The notes under the pieces were generated by a model. It saw nothing but the letters and a program-made list of their open reading frames with translations. It did no database searches and was not told the DNA's origin. From an uncultured Chloroflexia bacterium (GTDB lineage Bacteria; Chloroflexota; Limnocylindria; Limnocylindrales; CSP1-4), in NCBI GenBank assembly GCA_963752475.1, contig CAVVYR010000032.1, forward strand, positions 15,972 through 79,971: DNA of 64,000 nucleotides, written 5' to 3'. Shown in pieces: positions 51,339 to 59,516 of the stretch (its first letter is position 1; each line of letters begins with the position of its first letter). Both the position numbers and the translations under genes were made by a program.

Positions 51339-52445
51339 CTACGGCACCGAGCCGATCTCGACGGTGGTCTTGATGTGGTCGCCGGAGCCGGCGAGGTGGC
51401 CGGCGATGGCTTCGGCGTCGAAGCCCTCGATGCGGTCGGTGAGCAGCTCGTTCAGCCAGCCCCGCGTGGCGACATCGGCCTGGGCCTGGCCGATGGTGGC
51501 GACCGCGCCGGAGTAGTCGCTCCAGGCGGCCGCCGCGCTGCCCACGAGCACGCGGTTGTAGAGCACGAGCGATTGGTTCAGCCGCGCCATGTCCACCGGC
51601 ATCGACCGGCTCCCCGGCGTGACGCTGAAGAGGGCGGCCACGCCATTCGGCGCGAGCGAGGCCACCGCGGGCTCGATGAGCGCCGGAGCGCCAGAGCCCT
51701 CGAAGACGACGTCGAAGGGGCCGTCGCGGTCGGCCAAGGTCGAGAGGTCCGTGTCGGTGGCGCTCACGTAGCGGGCACCGAGCCGCTCGATCAGCTCGCT
51801 GTTACGGTAGCCGGCTGGTCGCCGTGCATAGGTCGTGACCTCGAGACCGCGCTGGCGCAGGGCCAACGTGGCCAGCAGGCCGATGGTGCTGGCGCCGGTG
51901 ACGAGCGCGCGCTTCGGCTCCCACAGATCGAGGCGTGCCTGGACCTGGTCGGCCTGGCGCAGTGACTTGGTGATACAGCTCAGCGGCTCGGTCAGGATGG
52001 CCACGTCCTCCAGCTCGCCGGGCACGGGCACGAGGTACTCGGCCTCGACCACGAGCTCTTCGCGCATGAAGCCGTGGGCCTGGCTGATGCCGGTCTCGAT
52101 GAAGACGGGGTCGGTGGAGAGGTCAGGCCGGCCGATCCGGTCGTAGACGCTGTCGCCGGGCCGGCGGATGGTGACCACGACCGACTGGCCGAGGGAGACG
52201 TCGGCGGCAGGCCCGACCTCGGTCACGCGGCCCAGCGACTCGTGGCCGAGGACGAGGAAGTCCTCGCCGGGCGGAGCCACGCCGTACTCCCCTGCCGCAA
52301 GGTCGGCGTCGGTGCCACAGAGGCCGGCGCGGATCATCGACACACGGACGCCGCGGCCGCCTGGGATCTGGTCGACCGACGGCCGGGGCAGGTCGCGCAG
52401 GTGGACCGAGTCGGGCGTGCCGGGCCGGATGGCGATGGCCTTCAT
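51339..52445 (-). CDS. Zn-dependent glucose 1-dehydrogenase-like MDR
   Basis: Motifs GLCGTD, LGHES.G, RRPG, E.GI...HGFM and EPLS...K. Confidence 0.8.
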   Translation of the reverse strand: MKAIAIRPGTPDSVHLRDLPRPSVDQIPGGRGVRVSMIRAGLCGTDADLAAGEYGVAPPGEDFLVLGHESLGRVTEVGPAADVSLGQSVVVTIRRPGDSVYDRIGRPDLSTDPVFIETGISQAHGFMREELVVEAEYLVPVPGELEDVAILTEPLSCITKSLRQADQVQARLDLWEPKRALVTGASTIGLLATLALRQRGLEVTTYARRPAGYRNSELIERLGARYVSATDTDLSTLADRDGPFDVVFEGSGAPALIEPAVASLAPNGVAALFSVTPGSRSMPVDMARLNQSLVLYNRVLVGSAAAAWSDYSGAVATIGQAQADVATRGWLNELLTDRIEGFDAEAIAGHLAGSGDHIKTTVEIGSVP

Positions 52446-52473
52446 GGGGCCAGCGTAGCCCGCCGGCGGCGAC

Positions 52474-53043
52474 TCAGTCGGGCCGCCTCACCGCCCGCAG
52501 GCACGCCCGCGCGAGGGTGTCGAGACCAGCCTCGTCGAGCTCACGGTCCGGTTTGGCCGCCAGCCGGATGGCCGGGCCGAAACCCAGGTCCCAGACGACC
52601 ATCGGGGGCAGGTCCACCACGTAGCGGGCCATCTCCGCGCTGGCCTCCACCAGCGGATCCTGCCCCTCCATCACCCGGCGGTGCGCGGCATCGGCGTACG
52701 GCGACGCCTCCATCTGGATGATGTAGCGCGCCCGAGCCGGATCCTCGGCGAGGTGACGATAGGCGTCGTGCCACAGCTGCAGGAACTGGTCCTCGAGCGA
52801 GGCCTGCCGGTCCAGTCGGGACACGGCCGCGCCGGCGAGCTCCCGCTTGACCTCTTCGTACGTCGCGATGAGCAGCTCATCCTTGGAGTCGTAGTGCACG
52901 TAGGCCGTGCCCGCGGCGACCCCGGCTCGCTCGGCCACGGCGGACATGCTCGTCCCGCGGAAGCCACGCTCGGCGACAAGCTCGAGCGTGGCGCGCCGAA
53001 GGAGAGCTGCGCGGTCGACGGGGGTCTTCGTCCTAGTTGCCAA
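52474..53043 (-). CDS. TetR/AcrR family regulator
   Basis: HTH RGFRGTSMSAVAERAGVAAGTAYVHYDSKDEL. TTG start overlaps the SDR stop. Confidence 0.88.
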   Translation of the reverse strand: MATRTKTPVDRAALLRRATLELVAERGFRGTSMSAVAERAGVAAGTAYVHYDSKDELLIATYEEVKRELAGAAVSRLDRQASLEDQFLQLWHDAYRHLAEDPARARYIIQMEASPYADAAHRRVMEGQDPLVEASAEMARYVVDLPPMVVWDLGFGPAIRLAAKPDRELDEAGLDTLARACLRAVRRPD

Positions 53044-53959
53044 GGCTGAACACTGTACCGGTCCGGGACTCGGTGATGTCCCACATGCGGGTCGTCTCGT
53101 CCTTCGCTGCGCGCTTCTCATCGGACCCCAGCCGGACCGGGGCGCCGCGCATCGACCAGCGCGGGCCATAGAACTCACCGTTGGCCGCGTCGGGATCCGT
53201 GGCCGCTCGCAATACCGGCAGCGCGCCACCGAGGGCCGACATGCCGATGTAGCGCGCGGCGATCTTCCAGAAGCGACCGGAGACACCGGTGCCGCCGCTC
53301 GCCGCGGTAGCGACCTGGAGGTTCGTGTGCGAGAGCCCGGGGTGGGCAACGAGGCTCGCGACACTCGAGCCAGCGGCTTCGAGACGTCGGGCGAACTCGA
53401 TGGCGAACTGGTAGTTGGCGAGCTTCGAGTCGCTGTACGCCCGCCACGGGTCGTAGTCGTCGGTCACCTGCGTACGGTCTTCGGTCAGGGTCCGTCCCTG
53501 CAGCCGAGCACCGCTGGTCACGGTCACGACGCGCGCTGCCGGGGCCGCCTCGAGGACGGCCATCAGCTCCTGGGTCAGGACGAAGTGGCCAAAGTGGTTC
53601 GTGCCGATCTGGGTCTCGAAGCCATCCTTCGTCTCGCCGGCTGGGGTCGCCATGAGGCCAGCATTGTTGAGCAGGATGTCGACGTGTTCGTGCTCGCTCT
53701 TCACGCGATCGGCGAACGCCCGCACCGAGTCGAGCGATCCGAGATCGACGTCTCGCAGCTCCAGCTTCGCGTCGGGGGCCTCGGCCTTGATGCGTGCGAC
53801 CGCGTTCGCCCCCTTCTCCATGTCACGTACGGCCATGACGACCGTGGCGCCCTTGTGGGCAAGCTCACGGCTGGCCTCGTAGCCGAGCCCGCTGTTGGCG
53901 CCGGTGATGACGGCGATCCTGCCGCTCTGGTCGGGGATGTCGTTGACGCTCCAGGCCAC
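53033..53959 (-). CDS. SDR oxidoreductase (retinol dehydrogenase/WWOX-like)
   Basis: Motifs TGANSGLG, NNAG, GTNHFGHF, YSDSKLAN and HPG. Confidence 0.92.
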   Translation of the reverse strand: MAWSVNDIPDQSGRIAVITGANSGLGYEASRELAHKGATVVMAVRDMEKGANAVARIKAEAPDAKLELRDVDLGSLDSVRAFADRVKSEHEHVDILLNNAGLMATPAGETKDGFETQIGTNHFGHFVLTQELMAVLEAAPAARVVTVTSGARLQGRTLTEDRTQVTDDYDPWRAYSDSKLANYQFAIEFARRLEAAGSSVASLVAHPGLSHTNLQVATAASGGTGVSGRFWKIAARYIGMSALGGALPVLRAATDPDAANGEFYGPRWSMRGAPVRLGSDEKRAAKDETTRMWDITESRTGTVFSLGN

Positions 53960-54012
53960 TGCGTGCTCCTTGTTCTCCGCGCCGATCAGGGTGTCGGCGC
54001 TCTTGTTCTGAC

Positions 54013-54054
54013 TGAATGCTCATTCATAATGAACGTTCATTCATGTGCTGTCAA
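54013..54054 (-). promoter_or_regulatory. Promoter TTGACA-N17-CATTAT with two palindromic TetR-type operators
   Basis: TTGACA at 54054-54049. Palindromes AATGAACGTTCATT (54028-54041) and TGAATGCTCATTCA (54013-54026) cover the spacer, -10 and start region. Confidence 0.75.
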
Positions 54055-54087
54055 GAAGCCGAGCCGGCGAAGCCAGGGCGCGGCCGC

Positions 54088-54969
54088 TCAGAGACGGTGC
54101 AGCGGTCTCGTCAGGCAGGTCGGCCCGCCCTCGCAAGGCAGGCACAGCTCGTCCGCCCCGAAGGTGACGACATCGCAGCCGGCCTCCTCCATCAGTGCCT
54201 TCGTACCGGGGAAGCCGTCGATGGCCAGGCAGCGGCGCGGTCGGGTCGGCAGCACGTTGAGGTTCAGTCCCCCGCTGGCATCGAACTCGTCCTCGGGCAC
54301 GTGCAGCAGCTCGTAGCCGAGATCCTTCATGCGCTCGTAGAGCGCGACCGGCACCAGCGGCGCGTAGACCAGCGAAAGGTCGACATCGAGCGGGTTCACC
54401 ACCGACAGCAGGTGCAGGCAGGCCTCGGGCCCGTGGAAGTAGGGCATGTCGTAGGCCTCGACGGTGATGCCGTGTGGCTTCACGATCGCGGCGAGCTGGT
54501 CGATGCCCGACTGGTTCGTGCGATAGCCACGCCCGACCGCGATGGTGGTCGGGTCCAGCCAGAAGCAGTCTCCACCCTCGATCGTGCCCGGCTCATCGAC
54601 TACCCCGACCACCGGCATCAGACCCTCATAGAAGCGGGCGTGGAGCGCGGCCTCGTCGACACGGAGGTCCTTGCCCGGCCGCATGATCACGACCCCAGCC
54701 GGGATGGTGAACGACGGGTCGTAGGTGAAGATGGAGTCGGCCAGGCCGTCGTCAGCGTCGTCGATGTAGTGGATGGAAGCGCCGTCGGCCTCGAGCAGCG
54801 CGGCAAAGGCCTCGAACTGCCGCTGCATCGCTTCCGCATCGATGGGCCTGGCGTAGTGCCACCGCTCCGGGTCGCAGGCGAGGATGGCGCCGGGGCGTCG
54901 CATGGCCACGTGCCGGAGCTCGCCGGCCATGGAGTCGACGCCGTACGCGGCCAGTGGTTCGGATGTCAT
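54088..54969 (-). CDS. Amidinotransferase / dimethylarginine dimethylaminohydrolase family
   Basis: Motifs DSIFTYDP, IEGGD, RTN..G, LHL and GGPTCLT (catalytic Cys). Confidence 0.88.
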   Translation of the reverse strand: MTSEPLAAYGVDSMAGELRHVAMRRPGAILACDPERWHYARPIDAEAMQRQFEAFAALLEADGASIHYIDDADDGLADSIFTYDPSFTIPAGVVIMRPGKDLRVDEAALHARFYEGLMPVVGVVDEPGTIEGGDCFWLDPTTIAVGRGYRTNQSGIDQLAAIVKPHGITVEAYDMPYFHGPEACLHLLSVVNPLDVDLSLVYAPLVPVALYERMKDLGYELLHVPEDEFDASGGLNLNVLPTRPRRCLAIDGFPGTKALMEEAGCDVVTFGADELCLPCEGGPTCLTRPLHRL

Positions 54970-55189
54970 GGCTTCGAGTCTAGGCCGACTTGCCCACTCA
55001 CCAACGGTGGTGGTGCTAGGAACTCAGGCAGGGTCGCATCCGTCGCCGGCAAGCCCGCGAGCAGACATCGCGAGCGTGGCCACCGCCGTCTCGCGTGCTC
55101 AGGTGCCCACGACCTGCGCCTACCACCACCCCGGTTGGTGCGTGAGCAACTCCGCGGGGCGAGGCTCGTCGGTGACACCAGCGCGATCG

Positions 55190-55230
55190 GAATCGAAAGC
55201 GGGCGATGGATGGTCCACCGCCCGCTTCGA
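55190..55230 (-). terminator. Terminator hairpin downstream of glnA
   Basis: Minus strand AAGCGGGCGGTGGA-CCA-TCCATCGCCCGCTT followed by TCGATT. Confidence 0.6.
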
Positions 55231-55293
55231 TAGCTCCCAGGGCGCCTCACAGCCCAGAGAGTGCGACTCCCAGAGGGGTACGCGTTCGTTCGA

Positions 55294-56676
55294 CTAGTAG
55301 GCCTCGAGGTAGCGGTCGCGCTCCCAGTCGGTGACCTGGGTCTTGTACTCGGCCCACTCCTCGCGCTTGGCCTCGAGGTAGTTGTTGAAGACGTGATCGC
55401 CCAGAGCCTCGGCGATGACCTCGTCCTGCTCCATGGCGTAGATGGCGCTGCCGAGCGAACCGGGGAGCTCCTCGATGCCCTTCTCGGCAACGCGCTCCGC
55501 GGTCATCTCGAAGAGCGACTCCTCGACCGGATCGCCGAGCTTCAAGCCCTTCTCGATGCCGTCCAGGCCGGCTGCCAGCATGGCCGCGAAGGCCAGGTAG
55601 GTGTTGGCGGTCGGGTCGGGGCAGCGGACCTCACAGCGCGTGGCCTCGACCGAGCGGCCCGGCGAGACCTTGGGCACACGGATCAGCGCGGAGCGGTTGG
55701 TGCGGCCCCACGTCAGGTAGGTCGGGGCCTCGTAGCCGGGCACCAGACGCTTGTAGCTGTTGACCAGCGGTGCCAGCAACGCGCTCATGCCGCGAGCGTG
55801 AGCCAGGACGCCGGCCATGTAGGACTGCGCCAGCTTCGACAGGCCGTACTTGCTGCGCGGCTCGGCGAAGGCGTTCTTCTCGTCCTCGATCGACCACAGG
55901 CTCTGGTGTGTGTGCATGCCGGAACCGTTGATGCCCTCGATCGGCTTGGGCATGAAGGTGGCGTACAGACCGTGGAGGTTGGCGATGGCCTTGAGCGTGA
56001 ACTTGAAGGTGACGGCGTTGTCCGCGGTGGTCAGGCCGTCGCTGTACTGGAAGTCGATCTCGTGCTGGCCGAAGGCGACCTCGTGGTGACCGGCCTCGAC
56101 GCGGATCCCGAAGGCCTCCAGCGCGTTGATCATGTCGCGACGGACGGACTGGGCCAGGTCGGTGGAGAAGTCGAAGTAGCCACCCTGGTCGTGCGGCAGC
56201 GGGCTGATCTTGCCTTCGTCATCCTTGCGGAAGAGGAAGAACTCGAGCTCCGGACCGGCGTTCCAGATGTAGCCCATGTCCTCGGCACGCTTGAGCTGCT
56301 TCTTGAGCACGCCGCGCGGATCGCCGACGAAGGGCTGGCCGTCGGGCGTCATGACGTCACAGATGACGCGGGCGGTGCCACGGCTGCCCAGCGGTCCGGC
56401 CGACATGTCGCCGCCCTGCCAGGGGATCTCAGCGAACGTGTTCATGTCCGGCTGCAGCCACTGGTCGGACTCGGCGATGCGCGTGAAGCCCTCGATCGAG
56501 GAACCATCGAACCAGGTCCCGTGCTCCAGCGACTCCTCGAGTCGGTAGAGCGGGATGGTGATGCCCTTGACGATGCCCAGCAGGTCGGTGAACTGCAGTT
56601 CTACGAACCGGATGTCCCGCTCCTTGGCGGCTTGGATCTTGTCGAGCGGATCGTTCGACGCTACTTCGATGACCAA
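55294..56676 (-). CDS. glnA: Glutamine synthetase type I (GSI-alpha-like)
   Basis: Motifs FDGSSIEG, GPELEFF, HHEVA.GQHEI, FMPKP..G.NGSGMH, NSYKRLVPGYEAP and NRSA.IR. TTG start with GAGGAG RBS. Confidence 0.96.
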   Translation of the reverse strand: MVIEVASNDPLDKIQAAKERDIRFVELQFTDLLGIVKGITIPLYRLEESLEHGTWFDGSSIEGFTRIAESDQWLQPDMNTFAEIPWQGGDMSAGPLGSRGTARVICDVMTPDGQPFVGDPRGVLKKQLKRAEDMGYIWNAGPELEFFLFRKDDEGKISPLPHDQGGYFDFSTDLAQSVRRDMINALEAFGIRVEAGHHEVAFGQHEIDFQYSDGLTTADNAVTFKFTLKAIANLHGLYATFMPKPIEGINGSGMHTHQSLWSIEDEKNAFAEPRSKYGLSKLAQSYMAGVLAHARGMSALLAPLVNSYKRLVPGYEAPTYLTWGRTNRSALIRVPKVSPGRSVEATRCEVRCPDPTANTYLAFAAMLAAGLDGIEKGLKLGDPVEESLFEMTAERVAEKGIEELPGSLGSAIYAMEQDEVIAEALGDHVFNNYLEAKREEWAEYKTQVTDWERDRYLEAY

Positions 56677-56785
56677 TGGTTTCTCCTCTACCTTGGCCGC
56701 GCGCTGGGCCCTTGGATCTCAAGAGCGGGCACACAGTGAGGCGGCGCGGCCGATTCAGAGGTTAGACAAGCCCTGTCCGAGATAG

Positions 56786-56801
56786 GTTTCCGCCGGGTTA
56801 C
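56786..56801 (-). promoter_or_regulatory. GlnR-box-like site GTAAC-N6-GAAAC upstream of glnA
   Basis: Minus strand GTAAC-CCGGCG-GAAAC matches the actinobacterial GlnR a/b consensus gTnAc-n6-GaAAc. A TAACCT -10 candidate lies about 20 nt downstream. Confidence 0.55.
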
Positions 56802-56854
56802 GCCTCAGAACCAGTCGCTGGACGAATCGTGCCCTGGGCCCGAATCCGGCCGGA

Positions 56855-58246
56855 TCAGGGCTTGAGCGCACCCTCCACGGCCTCGGTCAGCTTGGCGAAC
56901 TCGCCATCGGCGTCGACATAGCGGTCAGCCACGAAGGCCAGTTCGACGTGCTCGTCAGTGACGCGCGCCCAGGCGCGTCGGCGGGGGAAGTAGAACGTCA
57001 GCACCAGGCCCGCGATGAGCAGCCCGAAGGCGGTCCAGATGACCGGCTGGCCGGGGTCGTTCCTGATGACCATCCCGGTCCAGCTACCGACCGAGTCCCA
57101 GGTGATGGACTGACCGGCCGTGACCTCCGGGTCGGTCGAGACGCCGACCGGGATGGTGGCCAGGAAGAGCGTGTCATTCTGGCCGCTCTCCGGATCGGCC
57201 GGGCCGACACCCTGCAGGGCCAGCAGCGGGGCACCGGTGGCGTCGGCACTCAGCACCGCCACCAGACCGACGTCCGCTCCAGGGATGGTCATGAAGCCCT
57301 GCGGCAGCCCCAGCAGCTCATCGTCGAGCAGCAGCGGGCCCTCCCACACCAGGGTGTCCGTCTCGTCGGTGATCGTCAGCTCGGCCGTGGGGCCGAAGGT
57401 GTTCTGGTGAAAGACGAACCCTTCGAGCCGCAGCGGATCGTTGACCCGGATGGTCTCGCGCGCGATCTCCTCGCCCCCGCGATAGACCGACAGGTCGGTG
57501 CTGAAGTCCGCGAACGAACCATCCTCGCGACGGGGTGCGAAGAAGGCGTTGTTCTTGACCAGCAGGTTGTCGGGCGTGCCCACCGCCTGTACCGGCGCGG
57601 TCTCGCCCTCGCCCACGAACACGACCGTCTCGAAACCGGCCCCCACGGTGATGGCACCGCCGGCGAGGAACAGCACGAGTCCGGCATGCGTCAGCAGCGT
57701 GGCCAACTTCTGGTACTGGTTGCGATCGGCGTAGACATACGTGGCGTCGGGGGCCACGTACGTCTGCTGGCGCCTGAAGTGACGACGCCGGAAGGCACGG
57801 CGGACCGGATCGAGCGCGGTCTCCCCTCCCCCAGCGAAGGCCGCCCGGTGCTCGCGACCGGGCTCGAAGAAGGCCGCGGGTTGCTCTACGCGCACGTGGC
57901 TCACCGAGCGCCACAGCCGCGGGGTGCGATCGAGCGTGCAGCAGATGATCGACAGCACCAGCACCGTCATCAAGAGCAGGAACCAGGACGTGGAGAAGAC
58001 GCTGAACAGCCCCAGGGTGTCGAAGGCGTCGACGATGAACGAGCCCGCCGGCAGCGAGTCCCAGGCCGCGTGCATCGTGGCCAGCTCCGCGGCGTAGCGG
58101 GCTGGGTCGTCGGCCCGCGTGATCGGGAACTGCCGCACGAGCATCCCCACCAGCCCGGCCAGAGCCAGGAGCGTGATGAGCAGCACCGCGAAGCGGACGT
58201 CGGTAAGGAGCCGCCAAGCGGCCGCCCCCATCCGCGCCAGCACCAT
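56855..58246 (-). CDS. resB: Cytochrome c biogenesis protein ResB/Ccs1
   Basis: Motifs L..VRFAVLL, VFSTSWF, CTLDR, H.GL, VNDPL...G..FHQ, DPG...W and F...RR.W. Confidence 0.85.
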   Translation of the reverse strand: MVLARMGAAAWRLLTDVRFAVLLITLLALAGLVGMLVRQFPITRADDPARYAAELATMHAAWDSLPAGSFIVDAFDTLGLFSVFSTSWFLLLMTVLVLSIICCTLDRTPRLWRSVSHVRVEQPAAFFEPGREHRAAFAGGGETALDPVRRAFRRRHFRRQQTYVAPDATYVYADRNQYQKLATLLTHAGLVLFLAGGAITVGAGFETVVFVGEGETAPVQAVGTPDNLLVKNNAFFAPRREDGSFADFSTDLSVYRGGEEIARETIRVNDPLRLEGFVFHQNTFGPTAELTITDETDTLVWEGPLLLDDELLGLPQGFMTIPGADVGLVAVLSADATGAPLLALQGVGPADPESGQNDTLFLATIPVGVSTDPEVTAGQSITWDSVGSWTGMVIRNDPGQPVIWTAFGLLIAGLVLTFYFPRRRAWARVTDEHVELAFVADRYVDADGEFAKLTEAVEGALKP

Positions 58247-58248
58247 CG

Positions 58249-59460
58249 TCAGGCGCTGAGGCCCGCCTCCATCGCCGCCATCAGTGCGCCGGCCATATCG
58301 GCGAGCAGGTCGTCCACGTCCTCCAGTCCGACCGAGATGCGCACCATGCCCGGCGGGATACCGACCTGCGCCAGCTGCTCGTCGGTGAGCTGCCGATGGG
58401 TCGCGGTCGGTGGATGGACGGCATAGGTGACCACGCTGCCGAGCGTGGCTGTGACCGGCGGGATGGTGAGGCCGTCGATGAAGGCCGCCGCAGCCGCGCG
58501 TGAAGGCAGCTCCATCGCAAGCATGCCGCCACCTCGACGAAGCTCGCGCTGGGCGATCTCGGCCTGCGCATGGCTGGCCAGGCCCGGATAGGCCACGTGC
58601 TCGACACCCGGAGCGCTCTCCAGCTGCCGGGCGAGTACGAGGGCCGTGGCCGAGTGGCGGTCCATGCGCACGTGGAGGGTCTGCAGCCCGCGCAGCACGA
58701 GGAAGGCCGCGAAGGGCGAGACGATGCCACCGGTATCGATGGCGACATCGCGCACACGATCGATGAACCCGCGCGTGCCGGCGACCGCCCCGGCGACGAC
58801 ATCGGAGTGACCGCTCAGCCACTTGGTGGCCGACTCGACCACGACATCGGCCCCGAGCTGCAGGGGTTCGCAGATGAAGGGCGAGGCGAAGGTGTTGTCC
58901 ACGACCAGCTGGGCGCCATGCGCGTGCGCCAGCTCGGCGAGGCGAGCGAGGTCGGCGACGACGATGGTGGGGTTGGAGATGGTCTCGGCGTAGAGCACCG
59001 CGGTCGGCGCCGCAGTCAGCTCACGCTCGACGGCCTCGAGGTCCACGGGGTCGACGAACACGACCTCGACACCGAGCGTTCGAAGTACCCGCTCCATCAG
59101 GGCGCGGGTACTGCCGTAGACCGCCTGAGTCGAGACGATGCGGTCGCCGGCACGCACCAGCGTCAGGAGCGTGGCGTGGATGGCGCCCATGCCGGAGCCG
59201 AAGGCGTAGCCGGCCTCCGCTCCGTGGAGCTCGGCGAAGGCGCCGGCCATGGCGTCGGCGGTCGGGTTCTCGAGGCGCGCGTAGGTGTACCCCGGTCGCT
59301 CGAAGCCGACCAGCTCCGCGTAGTCATCGACATCCTGGGCGTGGAACGTAGCCGACTGGTAGATCGGCACCGCCGCCGGCTGCTGCTCCACCTTGGGAGC
59401 GCGCGTGGCGGCCTTGATGGCGCGGGTGCCGAAGCCGTGCTGCTGTTCGTCAGTGGACAT
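58249..59460 (-). CDS. Cys/Met metabolism PLP-dependent lyase (cystathionine gamma-synthase/lyase, methionine gamma-lyase family)
   Basis: Motifs PIYQSATF, YARLENPT, SGMGAI, ETISNP, VDNTFA, SATKWLSGHSD and RISVGLE. Confidence 0.93.
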   Translation of the reverse strand: MSTDEQQHGFGTRAIKAATRAPKVEQQPAAVPIYQSATFHAQDVDDYAELVGFERPGYTYARLENPTADAMAGAFAELHGAEAGYAFGSGMGAIHATLLTLVRAGDRIVSTQAVYGSTRALMERVLRTLGVEVVFVDPVDLEAVERELTAAPTAVLYAETISNPTIVVADLARLAELAHAHGAQLVVDNTFASPFICEPLQLGADVVVESATKWLSGHSDVVAGAVAGTRGFIDRVRDVAIDTGGIVSPFAAFLVLRGLQTLHVRMDRHSATALVLARQLESAPGVEHVAYPGLASHAQAEIAQRELRRGGGMLAMELPSRAAAAAFIDGLTIPPVTATLGSVVTYAVHPPTATHRQLTDEQLAQVGIPPGMVRISVGLEDVDDLLADMAGALMAAMEAGLSA

Positions 59461-59516
59461 GGCCTGACTCTACACAGGACGTCGCGGAGGCGCGGACGAC
59501 GCGAGGCCTGGGGTCT

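Noticed and set aside
54970-55190. Guanidine riboswitch upstream of the amidinotransferase
   Set aside because: No ykkC, mini-ykkC (paired ACGR loops) or ykkC-III consensus was recognised, and the gene appears leaderless.
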